Virus record (IMG/VR): IMGVR_UViG_3300028048_001169
Location: 1 to 64,000 of that record
Direction: 5' to 3' (one strand)
Source: a virus
Lineage: Duplodnaviria > Caudoviricetes
Length of the DNA stretch: 64,000 nt
The position numbers were made by a program, and so were the translations under genes. Under the pieces are notes generated by a model. That model saw only the letters and a program-made list of their open reading frames with translations, searched no databases and was not told the DNA's origin. Of the stretch, positions 29,294-39,688 are shown one piece after another (the stretch's first letter is position 1; the number at the start of each line of letters is the position of its first letter).

Positions 29294-30229
29294 ATGAGTT
29301 ATAGTTATGAAATTCAGAACGCTCCTGTAGATATGTCAGACATTCCTAGCTTTGCTAATATGAATGAAGCTGGTATGTATGTACTTGAAGCTGAGCAGAT
29401 CATGTTCAACGAGATGATGCAGAATATTGGTCTCTCTGAGCTTGGAGCTATTGAGAAGAATGGTTTCTTCAATGAAGCTGATGATGCTAAGGAAGAGAAG
29501 AAGAAAGCTAATCTTAAGGAAACAATCGTTTCCTTCCTTACTAGAGTATGGGCTAAGATCAAGGCTATGTTCGAAACTCTTCTGAGAAAGATTAAGGAGA
29601 TTATTGCTAAGGTTGCTACTGTAATCGCTAGCAAGAAGGCTAAGGATAAGGATCTTGCAGCTGCTCTTGATTCTAAGGATAAGTTCGAAGTAAAGGCTTA
29701 TAAGTATACTGGTCTTGAGGACAGAGTTGAAAGTCTTGTTACTGGTAGCATCGTTTCCTTAAATGGTCCTACTGAAAAGAAGGTATTCAGTAAGGAGGAA
29801 AGAAAGAAGATCGTTAACGAGATTCGTGGATCTGAGAAGCCTGAGACTCTTGACAAGGCTTTCATTAAGTCTAACCTTACAGACATCATCAGTACTGTTA
29901 AGGACTTCAAGAGTACAAACAATGTAATCAAGAAGGCTTACGACAAGACTAAGAAGGCTATCGATGAGAACGTCAAGAACGTTAAGAAGTCTGACGATAT
30001 CACAAAGGTAGGAATCAATAATGTTCATACAGAAGCATCTAACCTGATCTCTGTTTCAAATATCATTGTTGCTGAGTGGTATGGTTATGTTCGTCGTAAT
30101 GCTGCTATCGTTTCTAAGCTTGCTTCTATTGCAAAGAAGAATGACGATAAGAAGGATGATAAGAAGTCTACAAATGAGTCTGCTGCTTATCAGTCTGAGA
30201 TCGGTTCTCTGTTTGATTGGAATCTGTAA
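29294..30229 (+). CDS. internal head protein paralogue
   Basis: FNEA then LKETIVSFLTRVWAKIK; TNES; paralogue of 15680. Confidence 0.7.
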   Translation: MSYSYEIQNAPVDMSDIPSFANMNEAGMYVLEAEQIMFNEMMQNIGLSELGAIEKNGFFNEADDAKEEKKKANLKETIVSFLTRVWAKIKAMFETLLRKIKEIIAKVATVIASKKAKDKDLAAALDSKDKFEVKAYKYTGLEDRVESLVTGSIVSLNGPTEKKVFSKEERKKIVNEIRGSEKPETLDKAFIKSNLTDIISTVKDFKSTNNVIKKAYDKTKKAIDENVKNVKKSDDITKVGINNVHTEASNLISVSNIIVAEWYGYVRRNAAIVSKLASIAKKNDDKKDDKKSTNESAAYQSEIGSLFDWNL

Positions 30230-30309
30230 TTTTGATCAATAGAATCAATTAGATTATCACAGGGGAGAGGGAAGTAATTCCCTCTCTCTTTTCTTTAAGG
30301 AGAAATTAT

Positions 30310-31341
30310 ATGATTATAGATAAATCATTATTATTAACAAAACCAAAGCATTATACAGAATCAACTGAGAATTTTAATATCTTTGAATATTCGTTAGCAA
30401 CCCTTGTTGAATCAAACCACACTGTTATTCAAGCTCTACAGAATGATTCTGTTATTACAATAAAAGAAGCAGAGACTTGGGGTGATAAAATAACTAAGAA
30501 GTTTAATTTTAAAGGTATTATTGCTGCAATTATTAAAGCATTCTTAGATACAATTCAAAAGATTGTAGATAAGATTATTGATATCTTTATTGAATTATCT
30601 TCTAAGGGAGCAGCATTTTATATCTTATTAAAAACAAATAAGAAGAGAATCGAACAAGGATTAAAAGACAATGCTCAATTCAACTTTGATCATGTCTTTA
30701 AGTTTACACACTTATTCGATGATATGTTCCCTTCAGCATCAATTAAAGATGTATTCTCTTCTTCTGTAAATCGTCATATCTCAATGGCAGAAGCTGCTTT
30801 AAAAGAAGGAGATCGTATAGCAATCGAAAAGTTAACTTCTTTAAATGAAGACTTTGATATCAATAAACTGAAGAATACATTTCGTTATCGTCTATTAGAT
30901 ACTCCAGAAGGCGATGTAATGTCTGATTCTAGTTATTCTGATCGTTGCTTCAGATTATATAGAGATGGACTGAGTTCAGAGCCAGCATCTGTTACATTAA
31001 CTGGTCTATATATTCGTGAGAATATTTATAATCCTTATTTTAAATACAAGGATATGAAGAATACAATCAAGAAAGAACAGGCTTTAGTAGAGAAAGAAGC
31101 TAAGAATGCAAAAGCAGAAGCTGACAAATTCTCTCCTAATATTTCAAAATTCTCAAATGAGAGTCAAAAAGAAATACTAAAGCAGTTAAGTATATTCCAG
31201 AGAAATATATGTACAATGGTAAATGAATATTGTCATGATGTCGTTATTATGTATGGAGCTAAGCTTCAAGCATATAAAGACAATCATCAACAGTCAAAGA
31301 AGATTCTTACAGATGTGATTAAACAATTAAAATGGGAGTAA
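30310..31341 (+). CDS. internal head protein paralogue
   Basis: IKEA then amphipathic IIAAIIKAFLDTIQKI; same size class. Confidence 0.6.
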   Translation: MIIDKSLLLTKPKHYTESTENFNIFEYSLATLVESNHTVIQALQNDSVITIKEAETWGDKITKKFNFKGIIAAIIKAFLDTIQKIVDKIIDIFIELSSKGAAFYILLKTNKKRIEQGLKDNAQFNFDHVFKFTHLFDDMFPSASIKDVFSSSVNRHISMAEAALKEGDRIAIEKLTSLNEDFDINKLKNTFRYRLLDTPEGDVMSDSSYSDRCFRLYRDGLSSEPASVTLTGLYIRENIYNPYFKYKDMKNTIKKEQALVEKEAKNAKAEADKFSPNISKFSNESQKEILKQLSIFQRNICTMVNEYCHDVVIMYGAKLQAYKDNHQQSKKILTDVIKQLKWE

Positions 31342-31347
31342 TGTCGT

Positions 31348-32406
31348 ATGAGTTATGATCAAATTGATAGATATATCATCACAGAGTTATATTCTGCTGA
31401 AAGTGAAATGGTTCAACATTTGGCTTTAATTGATAATATGGCACTTACGGAAGCAGAATCTCCACAAGTATTAAACGAAGCTCTAAAAGAAGTTATTACA
31501 CAGTATATAGAAAAGATCACATTATCCATTACAAAGGCTTGGGCTGCTTTTAAAGGTAAGCAAGTAGATAATAAATTAATGGAATTGATCAATAAGAATA
31601 CTGATAAACTTAATTCTGGATATCAGATGCTTGGACCTGAAGGATTTGTTCCTCCACAGATTAAAGTATGGGATAACTTATCAGAGAAAGTTACTATACC
31701 AGAGTTTACACAAGCAAACTACAATGGTTGGAAAGATGGTAAATATTTAGAGTCATCTGAAGCATTTATCAAGCAATTCTTTCCTGATTTTGTAGATGGA
31801 GATTTAGCACCAAAGGATGTGTTAAATAAGAAAGTATTCCCTGAAGAAGGTAAAGGTGAGAATGCACGTTATCCAATCAATGGTGATAAGATTGGTGAGA
31901 TGGTAGAGTTTTTAAAGGGTTATAGTAAGAACGTTGATACATTGGGTAAATCCATTGATAAGTTCAATGCTTCTAATAAGAATATTCAGACATTACTTAA
32001 TTCATTACAAGAGTCTACTACGTACATGGGTTATTCTTTATTATCAGAAGCACCAGAGGATGATAATCAGCAGAACAATACAAATATGCAGCAATCTACA
32101 ACTGTAGATAAGAATGCTAGTAATAAATCAGTTCCTGCGGATCCTAATGATCCTAAGAATGGTGATAAAAAGAATAACAATACAGAAGATCGTAAGAATA
32201 TTGTCACTTACTATAAAGCATGTACTGCTATCTTCTCAGCTGAATTAAGAACTTGTATTAAGATTGAAACACGAGCTGCAAAATTGGTAAATGATTATAT
32301 CAATCTTCAAGGAGGTAATGAAGGTGATAATAATCAGCAGCAGAATAATAACAACCAGAATCAAGAGAATAATAATGGTGGTGGAAGTACCGTTATTCAG
32401 AAATAA
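31348..32406 (+). CDS. internal head protein paralogue
   Basis: LTEA, LNEA then LKEVITQYIEKI..AW; N/Q-rich tails. Confidence 0.6.
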   Translation: MSYDQIDRYIITELYSAESEMVQHLALIDNMALTEAESPQVLNEALKEVITQYIEKITLSITKAWAAFKGKQVDNKLMELINKNTDKLNSGYQMLGPEGFVPPQIKVWDNLSEKVTIPEFTQANYNGWKDGKYLESSEAFIKQFFPDFVDGDLAPKDVLNKKVFPEEGKGENARYPINGDKIGEMVEFLKGYSKNVDTLGKSIDKFNASNKNIQTLLNSLQESTTYMGYSLLSEAPEDDNQQNNTNMQQSTTVDKNASNKSVPADPNDPKNGDKKNNNTEDRKNIVTYYKACTAIFSAELRTCIKIETRAAKLVNDYINLQGGNEGDNNQQQNNNNQNQENNNGGGSTVIQK

Positions 32407-32448
32407 AAGAAACCCAGTAGGATATCAATTCCTACTGGGATCTTTATA

Positions 32449-32925
32449 TTATTCATCTTCTTCAGCATCAATATCTTCTTCGTCAGACTCTTCTTCATCG
32501 GATTCTTCTGTTATATCAGAAGTATCAGAATCTTCTTCTAGTTTACTACCGTATTTCATCTGTAAGTAATCACTAATAACAGAGAAACCAATCTTCATTG
32601 TATTCTCTGTAGCAGATTTGATGATATATCCACCAATTACAGTAATAAACATATTGTAGACTTCATTCATATAAGTCTCTAATGGTCCTAATTCCCCAGA
32701 TTTAATGAAATTAACCGTAATCATAGCAGTAATAAAGATATTTGCTAATACAAATATACCAAAGGATATCTGAACACATTTCTTTGTAAAAGTTACTGTC
32801 CAATCAAAGAATCCAAAACTACGACGAATAGTTTTATTCTTTTCTCCATTTGATATTACTTTATTGCTTATTTTACTACTTTTATTCTTCCATCGAGATA
32901 TATTAGGCTTATAATATCTGCTCAT
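32449..32925 (-). CDS. two-TM membrane protein (holin-like candidate)
   Basis: Basic N-terminus, two hydrophobic segments, acidic tail. Confidence 0.5.
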   Translation of the reverse strand: MSRYYKPNISRWKNKSSKISNKVISNGEKNKTIRRSFGFFDWTVTFTKKCVQISFGIFVLANIFITAMITVNFIKSGELGPLETYMNEVYNMFITVIGGYIIKSATENTMKIGFSVISDYLQMKYGSKLEEDSDTSDITEESDEEESDEEDIDAEEDE

Positions 32926-32965
32926 ATAAAAATACCTCCTTTCTTTGTATTATAAAAATGTAATT

Positions 32966-33048
32966 TGTAAAAGTTGCATTTTTAAGTTATATACTATAAC
33001 AGTGATTAGAGATACGAGTGTATCTTAATCAGGGGTTAAGGAGGCCCT
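32966..33048 (+). promoter_or_regulatory. promoter plus structured 5' leader, copy 2
   Basis: Colinear with 2106-2188, with a compensatory change in the stem. Confidence 0.75.
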
Positions 33049-33054
33049 TATATT

Positions 33055-33471
33055 ATGGCAAACTTTTTTGAAGATGCAATTAAGGCAACAACAGAATTTG
33101 TAACAGAAAATGCAACAACACTTATCGTTGGTGCAGTATGTGGCGTCGGTGGATTTGTAGTAGGTAATTCAGTAGCTTCATCTGATACAGATGAGAAGAA
33201 AGAGGAAAAGAAGGAAGATAAGAAGGAGACTCCTATTACTACCAAGGAGGAGTTTCTTAAGTCATTAACTCCAGAAGATCTTAAGAATCTTATGGATATG
33301 ATGATGAAGGCAGCTGAAGAAGAGGAAGCTAAGGAAGAAGAAGTACTTAAGGAAGCTGAAGCCGAGAAGGTTGAAACGCCTAAGGAAGAAAAGGCTAAGG
33401 CTGAGAAGGCAGAAGCACCTAAGGAAGAAGCTAAACCTGAAAAGGTGGAAGGAGAAGTTGTTAACAACTAA
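33055..33471 (+). CDS. membrane-anchored E/K-rich protein
   Basis: Gly-rich hydrophobic segment then charged low-complexity tail; own promoter and terminator. Confidence 0.75.
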   Translation: MANFFEDAIKATTEFVTENATTLIVGAVCGVGGFVVGNSVASSDTDEKKEEKKEDKKETPITTKEEFLKSLTPEDLKNLMDMMMKAAEEEEAKEEEVLKEAEAEKVETPKEEKAKAEKAEAPKEEAKPEKVEGEVVNN

Positions 33472-33536
33472 TCCTTCATCTATCTCTTCCGGAAAAGATA
33501 GAGAGGCGTCGTAATGATGCCTCCCTTTTCTTTTTT

Positions 33537-35801
33537 TTATAAATCTTTGAACTGGTCGAATAAGTTACCATGTAGAACTTTTTGTTGCTGATTATAGTAT
33601 TCATAATCATCATCTGGATCTACATTTCCAAATAAACTTGTTGGTAGTTCTACAAAATCAATGCCTCCAGCCATACCTGTAGGATCAATGTGATACTTCT
33701 CCATATAGGCTTCTTTTGCTGGTTGATTCATATCGAGCATTAATTTTAAACTAGCTTGATCTGCTTCATATGAAGCTCTATTAAACTCATTTGCTAGTTT
33801 ATACTTCGATGCATCTGCGATATAATTCAATTGGTATTTAATTTCATCATTCTCCATATCTGATGTATCTTGAATCTCAATGGTTGTTTTTCCACCATCT
33901 TCTTGTTCAATGATATCATCAGTTATCTCTACATCCTCATCTGTTTTAATTGTATTCTTTTGAATACCAAAATTCTCTGCAAGATTTTCTCCATCATACC
34001 ATACACGAATTGCATGTAGATAGCTGAAAATTTGATCATCATGATGAGGAGCAATTGCTTGTACTTTACCATGTTTATCTACAACAATGGTTTGCATCTC
34101 ATGTAATAAGATAGGAGATATGAATTTATCCTTATGGAATGATACACGTTCGTATAGCAACTCAATCATACGAGCACGTATTTGTTTCGTAGAATCTGTA
34201 CCATATACTTTAACACGTTGTTTCTTTCTGGTAAGATGGACTCCGTTAAAGGATTCTTCAATCGTCTTATCTTTCCATTCAAAGTATAGATTCTTTTTGA
34301 TTGATGTCTTTGCTAATATCTGAATAACTGTTATACCAAAGCCACCATTCTTTTCAATATTAACAATAGCATTTGGCATAAACTTTGTTACGAGTGTATA
34401 AATTAAGTCAGCTAATTCATCAGCAGGAATAAAGTTACAGTTGAAATCTGCTACAACTCTTGTACTTACACTATCAATGATTGTAATGGCTGATGAATCA
34501 TTCATTAATGCACCTGAGACATCGACACCTATAATTGGTGGGAATCGTAAATCAATATCCTCATATACATTAAAGATATATCGATTACCTCTTCCAAAGA
34601 ATAACTTACGAATTGGCTCTCTAGTAAAGTCTTTTATTCGCTCGAGATCCTCTTTACTAAATGGACAATTATCTGAAATTTCAGCCCACTCTAATAATAC
34701 TTCTCGTCGAATCTTTAACCAGTTATTCTGTAACTCGATAACCATTCGTTTAAAGTATTCTTCACCACGACCTAATTGTTTGTAAGAGAATGATACTAAG
34801 AAGAATGATGATTTTGTATTAGCTTTATGAAGTTCATCTAATTCATTGAAACTCAAAGCATAGTATTCATCAACCCACCGTGTAGCATTATTTCTTACAG
34901 TATATGCTTCATTACCTTCATCGGTTGTTAAATCGCCAGGTGTAGTTGTAATCATAATACCATAATGAGCACCTACACTAGCAGCAATTTCTGATGCTGT
35001 GGAGAACGCTGGTACCGCTGCAGAATATACAATTTCATTGTAAGCCATGAACGCATACTCATCGAAATATATAAATGGTGCTGTTTTACCACGGGCAATC
35101 TTATCAGCTTGCTCTTTACTTCTAGCACTAGGAAGTGTTACGATAGTATTATTATTTACAATATTCGTAGCAGTCTCTACAGTATTCGGTACTTTTATTT
35201 TTTTACCATTTGAACCTATGGCTTCCTGTTTCATCTGTAAGTATTCTGGTAAAGCATCTCGTAATTCTTTTAGCGTCTTTAAGTTATCTTTAGCTCCACC
35301 ATGATCTTTATGATAGTATAAGATCTTAGAGTTACGAGCTGCAAATAAGAAAATCCACAGATAACAACACTGTGCACCGATGGTCTTACCGAACTGTCGA
35401 GGTTGCTCATTAAATTGAGATATATTTCTCTCAAATAAATAAGTCATTGCCATATTACCTCGGTGTAATTCGTATGGTACATTACCATCTGCTCGAGGAA
35501 TACGTACACATTCTCGTAAGAAATACCAAACGTTTCTTCCACATTCGATTGCTATACGCATCTTAATATCAGAACGTAATAATGGATCGAATGGATCTAC
35601 TCCAATTAATCCTAGATCATAAGTTCTAAGCATAAAATCTGCTCGGAAATTAGGAATACCAATATTTAATAGATAATAATACATATCAATAAATGTATGG
35701 TTGGTTGTTTCTAACGATACATGATATGGTAATGGTTGTTGTGGTTGTACAGTTCCTGCATTATTAGGCTGGTTATTAGCCATTTTAAACCCTCCTTCCA
35801 T
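33537..35801 (-). CDS. terL: terminase large subunit
   Basis: PRQFGKT Walker A, ARG...YFDEYAF Walker B, TTTP coupling motif, IGVDVS and HDD nuclease motifs. Confidence 0.92.
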   Translation of the reverse strand: MEGGFKMANNQPNNAGTVQPQQPLPYHVSLETTNHTFIDMYYYLLNIGIPNFRADFMLRTYDLGLIGVDPFDPLLRSDIKMRIAIECGRNVWYFLRECVRIPRADGNVPYELHRGNMAMTYLFERNISQFNEQPRQFGKTIGAQCCYLWIFLFAARNSKILYYHKDHGGAKDNLKTLKELRDALPEYLQMKQEAIGSNGKKIKVPNTVETATNIVNNNTIVTLPSARSKEQADKIARGKTAPFIYFDEYAFMAYNEIVYSAAVPAFSTASEIAASVGAHYGIMITTTPGDLTTDEGNEAYTVRNNATRWVDEYYALSFNELDELHKANTKSSFFLVSFSYKQLGRGEEYFKRMVIELQNNWLKIRREVLLEWAEISDNCPFSKEDLERIKDFTREPIRKLFFGRGNRYIFNVYEDIDLRFPPIIGVDVSGALMNDSSAITIIDSVSTRVVADFNCNFIPADELADLIYTLVTKFMPNAIVNIEKNGGFGITVIQILAKTSIKKNLYFEWKDKTIEESFNGVHLTRKKQRVKVYGTDSTKQIRARMIELLYERVSFHKDKFISPILLHEMQTIVVDKHGKVQAIAPHHDDQIFSYLHAIRVWYDGENLAENFGIQKNTIKTDEDVEITDDIIEQEDGGKTTIEIQDTSDMENDEIKYQLNYIADASKYKLANEFNRASYEADQASLKLMLDMNQPAKEAYMEKYHIDPTGMAGGIDFVELPTSLFGNVDPDDDYEYYNQQQKVLHGNLFDQFKDL

Positions 35802-35875
35802 TATAAGGCTTTTATACAGAAGTTAAAACTATAATCATTCCACTAATATATAAATACAAAAAGGAGGTATTTATT

Positions 35876-36565
35876 ATGAATTATTCAGATATTGTTGTTA
35901 TTGTAGTATTGGCGTTAATGGTAGGATTTGTCGTAATTAAAAAGCTATTGGACGATAAGAGTAAAAATGAATTGAAGCAATTTTTATCTTACATCAGCGA
36001 TAAATTCGAGAAGATCATTCTTGATTATGTAAAGAAGGTTGATTTTAGCAGCATCACTTCTATTGCTCAGGTTGAGCAATCTATTATTAATGATCTAATG
36101 GATACACTGTGGGATATTACTCAGTCAGAGCTTGCTTCTTACACATCAAATCAACTTGTAAAGTACATTATAGAGAAATCTCTGACCATTGATAATGTAA
36201 GAGGATTGGCAGAGCATATCTTTACATCTAGTTCACAAGTACAAAAAGTTTACACAGCACGTTATGGTGCAGTATTAGCAGCTCATATTGAACATGCTGA
36301 AGAGGAAGAACGATTAGCAGTTGATGAACTTACAGCTATTACCACTGGTATAGAGAAGGGAAACAAGATTGACTATGAAGTAAATCCTATGAATCCTGGT
36401 CCATTGCTGGACAATACAGAAGTTGTACAAAAGATCAATAATCCAGTGGATAAAGAGGAAGAAGATTTGGATTCTGCTATCGAAGATGGTACAGCTGAAG
36501 TTGTCTCTACGGAAGAAGAGGTTGTAGATGACGTCATTGCAAGTATCAACGAGAAAGTTGAATAA
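35876..36565 (+). CDS. N-terminally anchored membrane protein
   Basis: IVVIVVLALMVGFVVI TM segment, acidic C-terminus. Confidence 0.7.
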   Translation: MNYSDIVVIVVLALMVGFVVIKKLLDDKSKNELKQFLSYISDKFEKIILDYVKKVDFSSITSIAQVEQSIINDLMDTLWDITQSELASYTSNQLVKYIIEKSLTIDNVRGLAEHIFTSSSQVQKVYTARYGAVLAAHIEHAEEEERLAVDELTAITTGIEKGNKIDYEVNPMNPGPLLDNTEVVQKINNPVDKEEEDLDSAIEDGTAEVVSTEEEVVDDVIASINEKVE

Positions 36566-36704
36566 GCTGGATACATTGTGATCTGTATAAACCGATATTT
36601 TTATGGTGAGTAGAGGAAAATTCTACTCACCTTTTATATGTAAAATATTACATTTTACTTGACAAATATGTAATTATTGATTCAGATCAGGAGGAGTTAC
36701 AAAA

Positions 36705-37157
36705 ATGGACTGTGAAAATTGTAGATTAAAGAATCTCTGTAAGTATACAGAGGCATTTTCATCATTGGTTGAAAATGTACACAAAGTTGCATGTGATGAT
36801 AATTTAGAGAATGTTGTTGATGTTATAGTTAAATGTAAATTCTTTGAACAGAATACGCCTGTAACAAAACTCACGGTGACAGATTCAAAACTAGCAAAAG
36901 AAGGTATAGATGAATACTTAAAAATGAAGGATGAAAGATCATACGTGTATGAAAAGAAACCTGTTAATAGAACACCTTTATCAGAAGATAGTATTCTATA
37001 CAATGCTTCTCAAGATATGGCTAAATTTGTTCAAGAGAATATGTCAGAAAATAAAAAATCAACGTTAATGGATACAGTGAAGAATGCTGCTACAAATATA
37101 AAGGAATCATTCAAAGATACGATGAATGATATGCATCAATACAGTGAAGAAAACTGA
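36705..37157 (+). CDS. hypothetical protein (Cys cluster)
   Basis: AGGAGG RBS; CENC..C..C. Confidence 0.7.
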   Translation: MDCENCRLKNLCKYTEAFSSLVENVHKVACDDNLENVVDVIVKCKFFEQNTPVTKLTVTDSKLAKEGIDEYLKMKDERSYVYEKKPVNRTPLSEDSILYNASQDMAKFVQENMSENKKSTLMDTVKNAATNIKESFKDTMNDMHQYSEEN

Positions 37158-37228
37158 ATATAGTTGAGGTACTGCTAATAACATTAAGAAGGATGAAAAT
37201 ATATGAATAAATTTAGGAGAAAGACTTA

Positions 37229-37690
37229 ATGGAATTTGAATTTGAGATACCCGGACCTAGTATGGGAAAACAACGTCCTCGATTTGTACGTAGAGGACGA
37301 TTTGTTAGTACATATACACCTAAGAAAACATTAGACTATCAGAAGACTGTTGTAGATAGTTTTAATGAAGTTGCATATGGTAGAAAGTTAGAAGGAGCTG
37401 TTAAAGCAGAAGTATGTGCTATATATGAGCCGCCTAAATCTATTTCTAAAAAGAAGAGACAAGAAATGCTTGATGGTAAGATTCCTTTTACAAAAAAGCC
37501 AGATGTAGATAATATATTAAAGAGTGTATTCGATGGATTAAATGATATTGCATATCAAGATGATTGTGCAATTGATGATGCACATATAACAAAATGCTAC
37601 GGTGAAGTAGCAAAATGTCAGGTAAGATTATCTGACAAAAAACACATTGTAAAACCACTGTTCAAAATGGAAAAGGAGAAAGATATATGA
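37229..37690 (+). CDS. rusA: RusA family Holliday junction resolvase
   Basis: GKQRPRF, KKPDVDNILKSVFDGLNDIAYQDD. Confidence 0.9.
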   Translation: MEFEFEIPGPSMGKQRPRFVRRGRFVSTYTPKKTLDYQKTVVDSFNEVAYGRKLEGAVKAEVCAIYEPPKSISKKKRQEMLDGKIPFTKKPDVDNILKSVFDGLNDIAYQDDCAIDDAHITKCYGEVAKCQVRLSDKKHIVKPLFKMEKEKDI

Positions 37691-38127
37691 TGAATGAACA
37701 AAAACCACCAGTTAATATTAGCACATGCTATCATATCAAAGAGTTATTTCATAATGCTCTTTGTAATGTAGAATTCCAATCCGATTTTATAGAATTCTTA
37801 GGAAATGAATCAAATATTAGATTTAGAAATAACTTTAAATCGTTTAGCTGGGATCATGCATCTAGAACTGCTATTATCACACTAAATGGTGCTGGAGATA
37901 TTGCAGCAATAGAGAATTGTATTGCTGAGTTGCGTGATATTATTAGTCGTTATATGCTACACGTTTATCTAACCCCACAGTTAAAGCATTACTTCTATAT
38001 TTATAATCCTGAATATCTAAAAGAATTTAACAATTTAATAGAGAAAAATGTAGGTGAAATATCACTCTACGCTTTTGATGTGCTTGATTTTTCTACATCA
38101 GAATATATTGCATTGAAGATCGTGTAA
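37687..38127 (+). CDS. hypothetical protein
   Basis: AAGGAG RBS, overlapping stop/start. Confidence 0.7.
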   Translation: MMNEQKPPVNISTCYHIKELFHNALCNVEFQSDFIEFLGNESNIRFRNNFKSFSWDHASRTAIITLNGAGDIAAIENCIAELRDIISRYMLHVYLTPQLKHYFYIYNPEYLKEFNNLIEKNVGEISLYAFDVLDFSTSEYIALKIV

Positions 38128-38214
38128 TATAGTAAAATCCTACAAAATCAGTAACAATACTATACAAATATACATATAGTAACCATTTATATTTATCAAG
38201 GAGGAAACATTATT

Positions 38215-38973
38215 ATGGCATTAGGAGATTCAAGAAACAACAACCAGAGACGTTTTGAGACTACTTATTATTCAGGAACAAGAATCCGTAATTATTCAGA
38301 TCATACAGCTCTGAATTTTTCATTCTCTAGCGGTTTATTAAGAATTAGCATTGCTGTAGAGAATGAGCAGCATCGTTATGATGATAAGATTACTGCTAAT
38401 ATTACACCAAATAAAGCACAGATCTTACTAGCAGCAATTAAGCAGATGCTTGAAGAGAATGATGAAATGAAGGCTTATGGAACTACTTTAGGTATTTCTG
38501 AGATCCAGACTGCTATTGCTGTACAGTCTAAAGATGGTAATCGTTATCTTAGAATTGCAAAAGTTGCATCTGATGGTACTGTTACTGATCAGGCTACATT
38601 TACATTCCCTGTTAACACTAACAGTTATCTTACATGGTCAGATTTTGATGGTATGCAGTTTGGTAAGACGAATGTAGAAGATCTTGAGTTCAATTCATTC
38701 TGTAAGATTCTTGCTGATTTTGCAGATGGAATGTCTGGTGCTCTTGGTTATGGTACATTGTACATGAATCGTTATCAGGAAAGTAGCTTAACAAATAAGG
38801 TTAATGCTGCTCTTGAGAAGTTAGGAGTTCCAGTAGGAACAACAAACAATATTCAGCGTAGATCAAACAATAGTGGTTTTTTCAATGGTAATGCTGATGA
38901 GCCTAGAGGAACATCAAACCATGTAAACTATTCTGATATTGATAATATGCTCGGAGATGATGATGACGAGTAA
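38215..38973 (+). CDS. putative single-stranded DNA-binding protein
   Basis: Beta-rich core, N/G-rich linker, acidic tail GDDDDE; replication context. Confidence 0.4.
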   Translation: MALGDSRNNNQRRFETTYYSGTRIRNYSDHTALNFSFSSGLLRISIAVENEQHRYDDKITANITPNKAQILLAAIKQMLEENDEMKAYGTTLGISEIQTAIAVQSKDGNRYLRIAKVASDGTVTDQATFTFPVNTNSYLTWSDFDGMQFGKTNVEDLEFNSFCKILADFADGMSGALGYGTLYMNRYQESSLTNKVNAALEKLGVPVGTTNNIQRRSNNSGFFNGNADEPRGTSNHVNYSDIDNMLGDDDDE

Positions 38974-38984
38974 GGAGTTATATT

Positions 38985-39683
38985 ATGGCTCGTGAAATTC
39001 ACATGGGTGAAGGAGATGTAAGGGGAATCATTAAACCATTGATTCCCTTCTCCTGTATCTTTGACACAGACATTGGATTAGTGCAACTTATATTAGAAGA
39101 ATATGCTTCTGAAGAATATTTTGATCTTCAGAAGATGTATGATTTATCTGAGGATAGAAAGCAATTAATAAAATTCTTATATCAGAGAGAACATGAAAAT
39201 CCTTTGGTAGAGTTTGCACAGCCTGGTATATCAACTGATGTAATGGATGATTTATATCGACAGTTTATGGAAAGTGAATACGAAAGAATAATAGAAGGTT
39301 CTGTACATTCAGGATTATATGAACTTCTATGTGCTTTTAATTCTGCTGAAGAAGTGAGAACATTCATTTACTGTAATAATGATATAGAAAAATACTATAT
39401 CAAATCTGATGAAAATCTGAATAGTATGACCATTGTTGATATTGGTAATATTGATACGTATAAGAATGAATTTACAGCATTCTTTTTCAAATCCGTCAAT
39501 AGCGGATTGTTTAGAGACATTATCATATCATCACCATTGAAATCGATCTATATTTTAGATTATGGATTTAATTTTGATCATGGTAATCTAAAGAATTCGA
39601 TTCAGATAGTAGCATCAGAAATACAACACTGTACTTTGAATATTATTAATGCTTATGATATCAATAGATTAGAAGGGAATTAA
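38985..39683 (+). CDS. hypothetical protein
   Basis: AAGGAG RBS, 232 aa. Confidence 0.7.
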   Translation: MAREIHMGEGDVRGIIKPLIPFSCIFDTDIGLVQLILEEYASEEYFDLQKMYDLSEDRKQLIKFLYQREHENPLVEFAQPGISTDVMDDLYRQFMESEYERIIEGSVHSGLYELLCAFNSAEEVRTFIYCNNDIEKYYIKSDENLNSMTIVDIGNIDTYKNEFTAFFFKSVNSGLFRDIIISSPLKSIYILDYGFNFDHGNLKNSIQIVASEIQHCTLNIINAYDINRLEGN

Positions 39684-39688
39684 AAAAA

